Origin: Bacteroidota bacterium
GTDB taxonomy: Bacteria > Bacteroidota > Bacteroidia > Chitinophagales > LD1
Length of the DNA stretch: 62,807 nt
Reading direction: 5' to 3'
Assembly: GCA_040387015.1 (NCBI GenBank)
Contig: JAZKEP010000044.1
Span: 1 to 62,807, forward strand
The notes under the pieces were generated by a model, which had not been told where the DNA came from, did not search any database, and was given only the letters and a program-made list of their open reading frames with translations. A program made the position numbers and the translations under genes. Of this stretch, positions 36,471 through 45,511 are shown piece by piece (the first letter of the stretch is position 1; every line of letters begins with the position of its first letter).

Positions 36471-36962
36471 GTGACAAAAGAAGAGTTCGACACTACGTAT
36501 AAAAAAGCAAAGCAACAATATGAGCAGGCAACAGACCTGATGGTTAACGATGCCCATTTTATGGAGCAGCTTCCGCAACAGACAATAACCATCCTGACAA
36601 AAATAAGGGCCCTGCTTAACGACACCCTGTTGAGCAAAACGGGTCAGGAGGCGCTTACTAAAGCAAGTATGCTTAAAGATACAATAACCGCTTTTACGCA
36701 GCTCGATAACGATATGCTTACCTTCGCTAACCAAACCCAAAGCGACTGGGCGAGGCTTGCGGAACTTATACAAATTTATACCTCGCACTGCAACCTAGGA
36801 GAACTGCCCAAAACCAAAGAAGGTGCAACCGAATGGGTAATCCAACTGGATGAAACCTCGGAGGAAATGCTCGGCATATACACAAAACTTCAACCTCAAA
36901 TTAAATCTATGCGGCAGCGACACAACAAGCTGCTGTTAGAAGCACAGCCCTACCTGAATTAA
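36471..36962 (+). CDS. hypothetical helical protein (GTG start)
   Basis: 163-aa ORF with balanced composition. The competing minus ORF 36444..36788 is Cys/Leu-rich and implausible. Confidence 0.45.
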   Translation: MTKEEFDTTYKKAKQQYEQATDLMVNDAHFMEQLPQQTITILTKIRALLNDTLLSKTGQEALTKASMLKDTITAFTQLDNDMLTFANQTQSDWARLAELIQIYTSHCNLGELPKTKEGATEWVIQLDETSEEMLGIYTKLQPQIKSMRQRHNKLLLEAQPYLN

Positions 36963-37003
36963 GAATAGCCTGTTCAAATTGAATAAGTATTTTTGAGCAC
37001 TCA

Positions 37004-37474
37004 ATGCCTCTTACCTTCCATACTGCCGATGTAAAGTTCTCTTTAAAGGAAAAGAAGAAGCTGAAGGAGTTTATCAAACATCAGATATCAGACACCGGAC
37101 ATCAGACCGTAAATCTTTCTTTCATTTTCTGCTCCGATGAATACCTGCTTAACATCAACAAAAAATTTTTGAACCACGATTACTATACCGATATCATCAC
37201 CTTTCCGCTTTCAGATGAGAAGGATAAAATAGAAGCAGAGATTTATATATCGGTGGAGAGGGTAAAGGAGAATAGCTTGCAGTTGAAAGATAGAAAATCA
37301 GAAATCAGAAGTCAGAAATCAGAAAGCGAGGAAAGGTTTAGCAAAGAGCTTCACCGCGTTATGTTCCATGGGGTTTTGCATTTGTTGGGCTATAAGGACA
37401 AAACCAAGGTTCAAAAGGCTGAAATGAGGAAGATGGAGGATAAATGGCTGAAACAGATGGCAAATTTCAAATAA
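37004..37474 (+). CDS. ybeY: rRNA maturation RNase YbeY, with an internal K/S/E-rich insertion
   Basis: HGVLHLLGYKD zinc motif and ISVERVKEN. Confidence 0.85.
   Translation: MPLTFHTADVKFSLKEKKKLKEFIKHQISDTGHQTVNLSFIFCSDEYLLNINKKFLNHDYYTDIITFPLSDEKDKIEAEIYISVERVKENSLQLKDRKSEIRSQKSESEERFSKELHRVMFHGVLHLLGYKDKTKVQKAEMRKMEDKWLKQMANFK
37292..37327 (+). repeat. heptanucleotide microsatellite (AGAAATC-like, 5 units) inside ybeY
   Basis: agaaaatc agaaatc agaagtc agaaatc agaaagc read directly. Encodes RKSEIRSQKSES. Confidence 0.8.
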
Positions 37475-37526
37475 TAGACCAGCCAATTTCATGTAAAGCA
37501 TTTATAATCAATTATTTACAACAAAA

Positions 37527-37619
37527 TGTTCTATGTGGAACAATTTTTTTTCTGGTTTTGTGCTGTTCCTGCGGGTTGTGTGCTGTGAATGCTGGTCTTT
37601 TTCTGTTCCACGTAGAACA
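37527..37619 (+). promoter_or_regulatory. two copies of a TGTTC-N6-GAACA palindromic box 77 bp apart (or a 16-bp long-range helix) in the ybeY-mnmG spacer
   Basis: TGTTCTATGTGGAACA (37527-37542, followed by T9) and TGTTCCACGTAGAACA (37604-37619). The two boxes are also fully complementary to each other. Confidence 0.4.
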
Positions 37620-37674
37620 ATTCCCGATTATTCTAATAAACGATTAACTATTAACCATTCCCTATATTCGCGCC

Positions 37675-39618
37675 ATGTTTAAAGAATATGATGTTATAGT
37701 GGTAGGTGCCGGTCACGCAGGTTGCGAGGCGGCCGCTGCGGCTGCCAATATGGGCAGCAGTGTGCTGCTGGTTACTATGAACATGCAAACCATTGCCCAA
37801 ATGAGTTGCAATCCTGCTATGGGCGGTATAGCTAAAGGCCAGATAGTGCGGGAAATTGATGCCCTTGGGGGGTATTCGGGAATAGTGAGCGATAAGAGTA
37901 TGGTGCAGTTTCGGATGCTTAACCGCAGCAAGGGCCCTGCCATGTGGAGCCCCCGCACTCAGAACGATCGGATGATGTTTGCAAGTGTGTGGAGAAGCAT
38001 GCTGGAGGACACTAAAAATGTGGATTTCTGGCAGGATATGGTTGGTGGGCTGTTAGTAAAGGGCGGAAAAGTGTGCGGAATCCTCACTTCAATGGGGATA
38101 GAGATACCGGCTAAATCGGTGGTTTTAACCAACGGAACCTTCCTGAACGGACTTATTCATATCGGTGAAAAGAACTTTGGAGGGGGCAGGGCAGGAGAAA
38201 AGGCGGCACATGGTATTACCGAGCAATTGGTGGAACTTGGCTTTGAAGCGGGTAGAATGAAAACAGGAACTCCGCCACGTTTAGATGGTCGCAGCCTTGA
38301 TTACTCCAAAATGGAGGAGCAGTTCGGAGATGAAGAAGTAACGGGGTTTTCTTTTAAGAAAGGGATGAATCCGTTTGCAAAAAAAGATGTCACCCTGAGC
38401 GAAGCCGAAGGGTCAAGACAAGGCGGTTTCGACTACGCTCAACCTGACATGCCCCGTAAGCAACTGTCTTGCCACATCACCTATACCAACCAAAAGGTTC
38501 ACGACATCCTCCGCACAGGATTCGATAAAAGCCCCATGTTCAGTGGTAGAATAAAAGGACTTGGCCCACGTTATTGTCCCTCAGTGGAAGATAAGATTGA
38601 CCGGTTTGCTGATAAGGAAAGGCATCAGCTGTTTGTGGAACCCGAAGGGTGGAACACCGTGGAAATCTACATTAATGGATTCTCTACCTCTCTGCCTGAA
38701 GATGTGCAATACAAGGCTTTGAAGGAGGTTTCGGGTTTTGAGAATATGAAGATGTTCCGCCCAGGCTATGCTATTGAATATGATTATTTCCCACCTACGC
38801 AGCTCAATTTAACCCTGGAGACTAAGCTGGTGAAGAATCTGTTCTTTGCAGGACAAATAAACGGCACTACAGGTTATGAGGAAGCGGCATGCCAGGGGTT
38901 AATGGCAGGAATAAACGCACACAAAGCCGCTAAGGATGAAGAGCCGCTGATTTTAAAGCGCTCTGATGCCTATATTGGAGTGTTGATTGATGACCTTATC
39001 AATAAAGGTACCGAGGAGCCCTATCGCATGTTTACCAGCCGTGCAGAGTTTCGTATTCTCCTGCGCCAGGACAATGCTGATTTGCGGCTTACTGAGCTTG
39101 GCTACGGTATTGGACTGGCAGATGAAAGCCGGGTAGAAAGAGTGCGGGAAAAGAAACAAGCCTTAAAAGAAATAAAAGACTTCTTCGCTCAATCAAGCGC
39201 TGAGCCAGGTGAAATTAATACCACCCTGGAAGAAGCTGGGACTGCAGTTATTAGCCAGAAAGTAAAACTCGATAAGGTATTAATGCGACCGCAGGTAAGT
39301 ATGGCATTACTAAGGAATGGCGTGAAAGCGGTAGATCAATTCCTGTCTAAATATGATAAGGATTTTATTGAGTCGGCTGAAATAGTGATGAAATATGAGG
39401 CCTATATAGAGAAGGAAATGGAGCTGGTTCAAAAAATGGGCAAGCTGGAAGACATAAGCATACAGGCTGACTATGATTATAGCAAGTTGAAATCGCTGAG
39501 CATCGAAGCCCGGCAAAAGCTAGCTAAAATAAGACCTACTTCACTTGGCCAGGCAAGCCGCATTAGCGGGGTTTCCCCGGCCGATGTTTCGGTTTTACTG
39601 GTTCATATGGGAAGATAA
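37675..39618 (+). CDS. mnmG: tRNA uridine 5-carboxymethylaminomethyl modification enzyme MnmG, with an in-frame insertion
   Basis: VVGAGHAGCEAA FAD motif, GPRYCPS, and the C-terminal LGQASRISGVSPADV. Confidence 0.95.
   Translation: MFKEYDVIVVGAGHAGCEAAAAAANMGSSVLLVTMNMQTIAQMSCNPAMGGIAKGQIVREIDALGGYSGIVSDKSMVQFRMLNRSKGPAMWSPRTQNDRMMFASVWRSMLEDTKNVDFWQDMVGGLLVKGGKVCGILTSMGIEIPAKSVVLTNGTFLNGLIHIGEKNFGGGRAGEKAAHGITEQLVELGFEAGRMKTGTPPRLDGRSLDYSKMEEQFGDEEVTGFSFKKGMNPFAKKDVTLSEAEGSRQGGFDYAQPDMPRKQLSCHITYTNQKVHDILRTGFDKSPMFSGRIKGLGPRYCPSVEDKIDRFADKERHQLFVEPEGWNTVEIYINGFSTSLPEDVQYKALKEVSGFENMKMFRPGYAIEYDYFPPTQLNLTLETKLVKNLFFAGQINGTTGYEEAACQGLMAGINAHKAAKDEEPLILKRSDAYIGVLIDDLINKGTEEPYRMFTSRAEFRILLRQDNADLRLTELGYGIGLADESRVERVREKKQALKEIKDFFAQSSAEPGEINTTLEEAGTAVISQKVKLDKVLMRPQVSMALLRNGVKAVDQFLSKYDKDFIESAEIVMKYEAYIEKEMELVQKMGKLEDISIQADYDYSKLKSLSIEARQKLAKIRPTSLGQASRISGVSPADVSVLLVHMGR
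38389..38448 (+). repeat. 60-bp palindromic repeat element inserted in frame in mnmG
   Basis: GTCACCCTGAGCGAAGCCGAA ... TTCGACTACGCTCAACCTGAC. The arms are inverted repeats matching at 16 of 21 positions. Encodes VTLSEAEGSRQGGFDYAQPD. Confidence 0.7.
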
Positions 39619-39627
39619 ATTCAAGCA

Positions 39628-41343
39628 ATGGAATACCGGAATAAAGGAACGATGAAAAGAAGGTATGGGTTTTTCCCTTACTCTCTCGATCCCATATTTC
39701 TATCTTATTGCTGTAAAATAGCACTAATTTTCGTCCTGTTCACCCGCTGTGCTAATGAGAGCGTACCCCAAGGCGGAAAACAGGATGCTGTACCCCCGGT
39801 TTCAAAAAAAATATCTCCACCTGATAAAAGCCTGCAATTCAAGGAGGACAAAATTCACATCACTTTTGATGAATTTATAAAGCCTTCAGGGTTTGCACAA
39901 ACAATAATTTCGCCACCTCTCGAGAAACGCCCGGATTTTACCGTATCCGGAAAGACCCTTACTATAAAATTAAAAGGTACGCTTCGCACAAACACCACCT
40001 ATACCATCAATTTTGCAGAGGATATTAAAGATCTTAACGAGGGAAACACTGCCAATAATTTTACTTACGTATTCTCAACCGGAGATTTCATTGACTCGCA
40101 AAGTGTAAGTGGTAAAGTGATTCTAGCCAAGGATAACAAGCCCGCAGAGGCTGTTGTGGTTGCACTTTACCCTGAGGATTCTATTAATGGAATCTTGAAA
40201 ACAAAGCCCTATTACTTCGCAAAGACCAATACACAAGGGCAGTTTCAAATCAGCAATATTAAGGCTGGAAAATATTTTGTCTATGCTTTACAGGATCAGA
40301 ATTACAACTACTTATATGATCAACCAAATGAAATGATAGCGTTTTCAGACTCTATATTAAAGCTTACAGATTCAGTTTCATCGACAATAAATCTTCTACT
40401 GTTTGATGAAAACAAAAATAAGTTGAAACTTAATGAGGTCCGCTCCATCGCTCCCGGTCATTTACAAATAAGTTACACCCAACCAATTAATAACTTTAAG
40501 TTGAACGGAGAACTCTTCTCAGACGGGGACTTTGCCCTTTTCTATGACTCCAATGACACCATAAACTACTGGTATTCAAATCATTACATAAACAAAACAG
40601 ACATCTACCTGATTGCCAATGATACTCTTTTTGATACCTCCAGAATAGAATTAAAGTTCATTTCAAAAGATTCTTTGCTTACAAACAGAGCTAATTCATT
40701 AAGTATTGTAAACCAGCTAGTTACAACCAAAGATAAGGCTGAAAATAAAGACATTTGGAACGTGGCAGACCTTTATAAGCCGCTTAAAATAAATCTGTCC
40801 CGTCCTGTCACTTATATAAACCAGTCTAAACAGCTTCAGATTATCGATTCATCAGGCCATGTTGTGGAACACAAATTTTCTTTAGATGAGAAAACTAAAC
40901 AGACCCTTTTGTTTGAGCTTGAAAAAAAAGAAAATACTCTATACTCACTTGAAATACCGGACTCCACTTTTCAGGATATTCTTGGAACATGGAATAAAAA
41001 AACAATATATAAGTTCCGAACCACTGGAAAAGATAATTATGGCAACCTGCGGATTACACTGAAAACCGACCACCCTGAGAACTATTATATTGTAAGATTA
41101 TTGAATGCAAATGATGAAATCATGAAAGAATTTCTTTTTACTGGCAACGGGGAAAGAAAAGTAAGTGTAGAAAATATCTTATCCGGTAGCTATAAGTTTC
41201 TTGTGATCGATGATAAAAATCGAAATGGTAAGTGGGATACTGGTAATTTCAAAAACAAAATTCAGCCGGAAAAAATGTTTATTTATAAAGATACGTATCA
41301 GCTTAAAGGAGGTTGGGACCTGGACGCTGAAGTCAAATTCTAA
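39628..41343 (+). CDS. Ig-like (SbsA/Big_5-type) domain lipoprotein-like protein
   Basis: N-terminal hydrophobic segment ending in Cys (LFTRCAN), then PPVSKKISPPDKSLQFKEDKIHITFDEFI, typical of this family. An internal start at 39652 is possible. Confidence 0.45.
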   Translation: MEYRNKGTMKRRYGFFPYSLDPIFLSYCCKIALIFVLFTRCANESVPQGGKQDAVPPVSKKISPPDKSLQFKEDKIHITFDEFIKPSGFAQTIISPPLEKRPDFTVSGKTLTIKLKGTLRTNTTYTINFAEDIKDLNEGNTANNFTYVFSTGDFIDSQSVSGKVILAKDNKPAEAVVVALYPEDSINGILKTKPYYFAKTNTQGQFQISNIKAGKYFVYALQDQNYNYLYDQPNEMIAFSDSILKLTDSVSSTINLLLFDENKNKLKLNEVRSIAPGHLQISYTQPINNFKLNGELFSDGDFALFYDSNDTINYWYSNHYINKTDIYLIANDTLFDTSRIELKFISKDSLLTNRANSLSIVNQLVTTKDKAENKDIWNVADLYKPLKINLSRPVTYINQSKQLQIIDSSGHVVEHKFSLDEKTKQTLLFELEKKENTLYSLEIPDSTFQDILGTWNKKTIYKFRTTGKDNYGNLRITLKTDHPENYYIVRLLNANDEIMKEFLFTGNGERKVSVENILSGSYKFLVIDDKNRNGKWDTGNFKNKIQPEKMFIYKDTYQLKGGWDLDAEVKF

Positions 41344-41378
41344 TCCTGCATATTCGCTTTTATTCGTATCATAACCTT

Positions 41379-41984
41379 ATGCTTCTTACGCATTATCAGG
41401 ACAAATTTATTGAAGCAGGCTGCGATGAAGCAGGCCGGGGCTGCCTTGCAGGACCTGTCTTTGCTGCAGCTGTCATTCTTCCTACTGACTTTAAGAATGA
41501 AATACTGAACGACTCGAAAAAATTATCTCGTAAGCAACGTGAAGGACTTAGATTTCTTATTGAGAAAGAAGCCTTGAATTATGCTGTAGCAAGTATTGAC
41601 AACTTCAAGATTGATGACATCAATATTTTGCAAGCCTCATTAATGGCAATGCACGTGGCACTGGATAATCTTACACTGCCCTTTCACTTTATTGCGGTGG
41701 ATGGCAACTGCTTTCATACGTATAAAAGCATTGCTCATAAAACCATTGTTAAAGGCGATGGTAAATACATGAACATTGCTGCTGCCTCCATCCTGGCTAA
41801 AACATACCGTGATGATTTTATGGAAAAGGCTCATTCGAAATATCCTCATTACGACTGGATAAACAACAAGGGATACGGTACCGAAAAACACAGAAAGGCC
41901 ATTATAAAACACGGCCATACTCCCCTACACCGCAAGAGTTTTGTACTCAAACAACTGCAACCCCAATTACTTCAAAGCCTGTAA
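41379..41984 (+). CDS. rnhB: ribonuclease HII
   Basis: GCDEAGRGCLAGPV and DSKKLS motifs. 201 aa. Confidence 0.9.
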   Translation: MLLTHYQDKFIEAGCDEAGRGCLAGPVFAAAVILPTDFKNEILNDSKKLSRKQREGLRFLIEKEALNYAVASIDNFKIDDINILQASLMAMHVALDNLTLPFHFIAVDGNCFHTYKSIAHKTIVKGDGKYMNIAAASILAKTYRDDFMEKAHSKYPHYDWINNKGYGTEKHRKAIIKHGHTPLHRKSFVLKQLQPQLLQSL

Positions 41985-42074
41985 CCTTTTTCGGCCTCAG
42001 ACGTATTCTATCTTGTATCTAACGGGGACTTTTGGTCTCAGTCTTACGTATTCTGAAATTCCATAAGAGTAATC

Positions 42075-42854
42075 ATGAACAAAAATCGTGTGCTTCTATT
42101 ATTTTTTACCTTACTTCTCTGCTCTTGTGCATTTTCTCAAGCCGGTGAGATAATTATCACCAACGGAAGCTACGATGGCGGCTATAAAGACGGAAAAATG
42201 CATGGCTACGGACAAGCTCTTCTGAATGATGGATCTATGTATAGCGGTGACTGGAAAAACGACAAACGAAATGGTCTTGGTCGTGCGGGTTTTAAGGATG
42301 GCTCTTCTTACTACGGTGATTGGGTGGATGATAAACGAAGTGGAAAAGGGACATATGAGTTTGCTAACGGAGATAAATACACCGGTCAGTTTGTAAATGA
42401 TCACATTCAGGGATGGGGCTCCTACTTATACATCAATGGTATCCGCTACGTTGGTGAGTTTACAATGGATAGCGTGACCGGAAAGGGAACTGTCTTCTAT
42501 GCAAGTGGAGAACGTTATGAAGGGATGCTTCTCAATGGCATGAAGGCCGGTAAAGGAAAATATTTCTACAGGAATGGTAATGTATTTGACGGAACATTTG
42601 TAGCAGACAAAAAAGAGGGCTTCGGAAAATTAACTATGGCAAATGGCGATGAATATGCGGGTGAGTTCACCAATAACAGCCGAACAGGTAAAGGTACCTT
42701 TACTTGGGCCAATGGTGATAAATATGAAGGTGCGTTCACGAGTGGCAAAATGCATGGTGAAGGGACATTCACATGGGCGGATGGCGAGAAGTATTCCGGC
42801 ACCTGGACTAACAACGTACAAAACGGCACACTCGTTAGCAAATCCGGAGATTGA
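42075..42854 (+). CDS. MORN repeat protein, secreted
   Basis: Signal peptide and about 9 repeats of Y.G.W/F.....G.G. Confidence 0.8.
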   Translation: MNKNRVLLLFFTLLLCSCAFSQAGEIIITNGSYDGGYKDGKMHGYGQALLNDGSMYSGDWKNDKRNGLGRAGFKDGSSYYGDWVDDKRSGKGTYEFANGDKYTGQFVNDHIQGWGSYLYINGIRYVGEFTMDSVTGKGTVFYASGERYEGMLLNGMKAGKGKYFYRNGNVFDGTFVADKKEGFGKLTMANGDEYAGEFTNNSRTGKGTFTWANGDKYEGAFTSGKMHGEGTFTWADGEKYSGTWTNNVQNGTLVSKSGD

Positions 42855-42874
42855 GCTGTTCTTGTGTACTTACA

Positions 42875-45385
42875 CTAACCCAAATCCTGCTTTTTCAATT
42901 TTCTCCTATTCGTTACCTCCTTCAATTGGGCGTAATCCAAATAGTAGATTACCTTAAGTGAAACCATGTTCGCTTGGGGTGTTTCAAAAGTCTTACCCAC
43001 ATTAGCAATGTAATTATCTTCTACTGCCTGATCGCTTTGAGAAATGTTCTGTTTCCAAGTGAAAATTAAATTACTACCCGGTGCAAATTGCCAATTGTAT
43101 ACCAAATCAACATTCCACAAATTGAAACTCTGGTTGCTGTTAGTATTCCACTCTCTTTTCTGAATCTCACCGGCTTCATCTAAAGAGTAGAAATCCATAT
43201 AATTTACTCTACTCCAATAGTGTCGTGCCCTAAACATCACATTCATGATCGGGGTTATAAAAAACTTTGCATTAAAAGTATTGGTAACAGTCCTTAGTTT
43301 GCGGGCGCCTATAACCGGATTTCCTTCCTCATCGAGATCTGCAAAGCCGAAATTTTTGAAATCGGTATTCCATGTAACACTATGTGATAGTATCGCTCTG
43401 TCCTTTATGCGCACATTAGGGGTGACAGCAGCTTCAAAATATGGATCATTTGGAATAGGCGATTCAGCAAAGCCAATATTCACATCCATATAAAAGGCCT
43501 TCCGGTTATCGCTGCCCGCATACCAATTGATATACCAGTTTTCAGGTCTGAGATACTTCACGCCTTCAGTTCTTGCTTCATAATAATCGTAGTATCGAAC
43601 GGGTTTAGCTGTTGTAAAAAAACCGGTATACCAAAAATTAGTAAACAACAAATCCAGTCCGGCATTTGCCGTTACATCCTGGTACGCAAAGGGTTTATAC
43701 AGCGATGTTTGCTGAAGACTTATATAAGCGTCCCAACTATTCAATTTTCCTTTTGGAATAAACTCAAAGTACTTTAAACCAATAAAATTTGAGACTTCAT
43801 TAGCATGATATAGTATACCCAAATCATTCTGGTCATACTTATCGCTCATAATATATTGTTCAAAATCCATTCTGAAATTGCCACTGATTTTTGAAAACTG
43901 GTAGTCGGTATAAAACCCCAACTGAGGCTTATAGCTGATTGATTTATCATAAATCTGTGACAGGTTTGTAAAGCCGCTGTGTGAAAACGTGTTGGTCTTA
44001 TCTCTGATCTGAAAATTAAGTGAAGTAACATTAGCATCGCGCCAGTCGCCCTTGCGTATAACGTTCGTATTCGTTAATCCAATGCGCGAATTATTCTTTA
44101 AAGACTGGTCAATAACCAATACGTTGTAATTAGCCAAGGGCTCAGTTTGTTCCTTTCTTTTGGCTCCGGAGATTTCATCCTCAATAACGGCATGCATAGG
44201 AGCAGTAACCGAATTGAGCATTCCAATTCCCAAACCTTTATTCGTTCTTCCTGACAATTTAGTGGCATTGTAAAGTTGAGTAGCTCCAGGATTCGATTTA
44301 AGTACCTCCTTTTCTTTTAAAAAGTATGGCGCATTGTAATACAGTGTCGGCACGTCCCCTATTCTGCGCGAATAGAATAGTTGGCCGGGTGCAAGACTTA
44401 TTCTTCTATTAAACAACTCAATTCCCTCCGTGAAGAAAGGCCTTCGTTCGCTAAATTGCTGTTCGAAAGGTCCCAGCACCAAAACCTTATTATCACTCTG
44501 AACTTGCCCAAAATCGGGAATCAGAGTTGTATTAAGGGTAAAGCTTTCATTGATTCCCCAGTTAATATCCATTCCCCCACTGATAATTTTTCTATTAGCC
44601 ATTACCTTAGGAACCATAGAAACTGGATCGCGTTGGAAGCCTGCTGTAAAATAAGGAATGAATGATAAGCGTAGTGGTGGGCTGATATTAATCAAATGCT
44701 CCAACCTCCCCCATTGATTAACGACTCCATCAATCTTCGGATTTACAGGACTCCATGAAGACACTTCATTAATGCGCTGGACAAACCGCACAAACTGCAA
44801 ACCCCAGGTTTGATCTTCCCTCTTAGGAAAGCGAAGTGCTGAATAAGGAATTTTAATCTCAGCAACCCACCCATCCTCTTTCATACTTACTTTCGAGAAC
44901 CACACTGCATCCCAATTTACATCATTACTTCCTGGGGATAATCGCGTATCACTTTGAACCCCTGCTGCACTAACCTGAAACCGAAAGCCGTTCAGCTTGT
45001 CATTGTAAGTATCAAACCCAACTGCAAACAAATCGGCATTAGAGGTTTCATCCCTTCCAGCGAGCTGACAGGAAACCTTGCTACACTCCTTGTCGAAAAG
45101 ATAGGCACCTATGTAAACCGCATTATCATCGTACAAAATTTTCACTTCAGTTCTAAAAGCGGAGGGTTTGCCAAACTCCGGTTGATTGGTAACAAAATCG
45201 GTGCTAACCTCTACATTACTCCAACATACATCATTCAGGTTGCCATCAATTTTGGGAGGCGTTAACGCCTGTGAGGTAATTTTAGGAACCTCTATTGTGC
45301 GTATAGTTGCCATATGTGTTTCTATCGGTGGCGGAACTAAACTGGTGGCCGTAAGAAAGGGGCCTAATAAAAGAAGCTTAAACAT
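42875..45385 (-). CDS. carbohydrate-binding family 9-like plus DUF5916-like outer-membrane-type protein
   Basis: PKIDGNLNDVCWSNVEVSTDFVTNQPEFGKP...TEVKILYDDNAVYIGAYLFD N-terminal signature. 836 aa, beta-rich. Confidence 0.55.
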   Translation of the reverse strand: MFKLLLLGPFLTATSLVPPPIETHMATIRTIEVPKITSQALTPPKIDGNLNDVCWSNVEVSTDFVTNQPEFGKPSAFRTEVKILYDDNAVYIGAYLFDKECSKVSCQLAGRDETSNADLFAVGFDTYNDKLNGFRFQVSAAGVQSDTRLSPGSNDVNWDAVWFSKVSMKEDGWVAEIKIPYSALRFPKREDQTWGLQFVRFVQRINEVSSWSPVNPKIDGVVNQWGRLEHLINISPPLRLSFIPYFTAGFQRDPVSMVPKVMANRKIISGGMDINWGINESFTLNTTLIPDFGQVQSDNKVLVLGPFEQQFSERRPFFTEGIELFNRRISLAPGQLFYSRRIGDVPTLYYNAPYFLKEKEVLKSNPGATQLYNATKLSGRTNKGLGIGMLNSVTAPMHAVIEDEISGAKRKEQTEPLANYNVLVIDQSLKNNSRIGLTNTNVIRKGDWRDANVTSLNFQIRDKTNTFSHSGFTNLSQIYDKSISYKPQLGFYTDYQFSKISGNFRMDFEQYIMSDKYDQNDLGILYHANEVSNFIGLKYFEFIPKGKLNSWDAYISLQQTSLYKPFAYQDVTANAGLDLLFTNFWYTGFFTTAKPVRYYDYYEARTEGVKYLRPENWYINWYAGSDNRKAFYMDVNIGFAESPIPNDPYFEAAVTPNVRIKDRAILSHSVTWNTDFKNFGFADLDEEGNPVIGARKLRTVTNTFNAKFFITPIMNVMFRARHYWSRVNYMDFYSLDEAGEIQKREWNTNSNQSFNLWNVDLVYNWQFAPGSNLIFTWKQNISQSDQAVEDNYIANVGKTFETPQANMVSLKVIYYLDYAQLKEVTNRRKLKKQDLG

Positions 45386-45511
45386 AAAATAGAGTTTAGA
45401 TGAATTTCTTCTTAACTTGGTGTTACGGTTTGCGGAGCGAGGCCAAAGGCAGAAATGGAGATTTGCGATACCCTATTTTCTTAACCCAAAAGCCCGCCCG
45501 CAACCGATTTT

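Noticed and set aside
36444-36788. 114-aa minus-strand ORF competing with 36471..36962(+).
   Set aside because: It is Cys/Leu/Phe-rich with an odd composition, whereas the plus-strand ORF has a balanced, helical-looking sequence.
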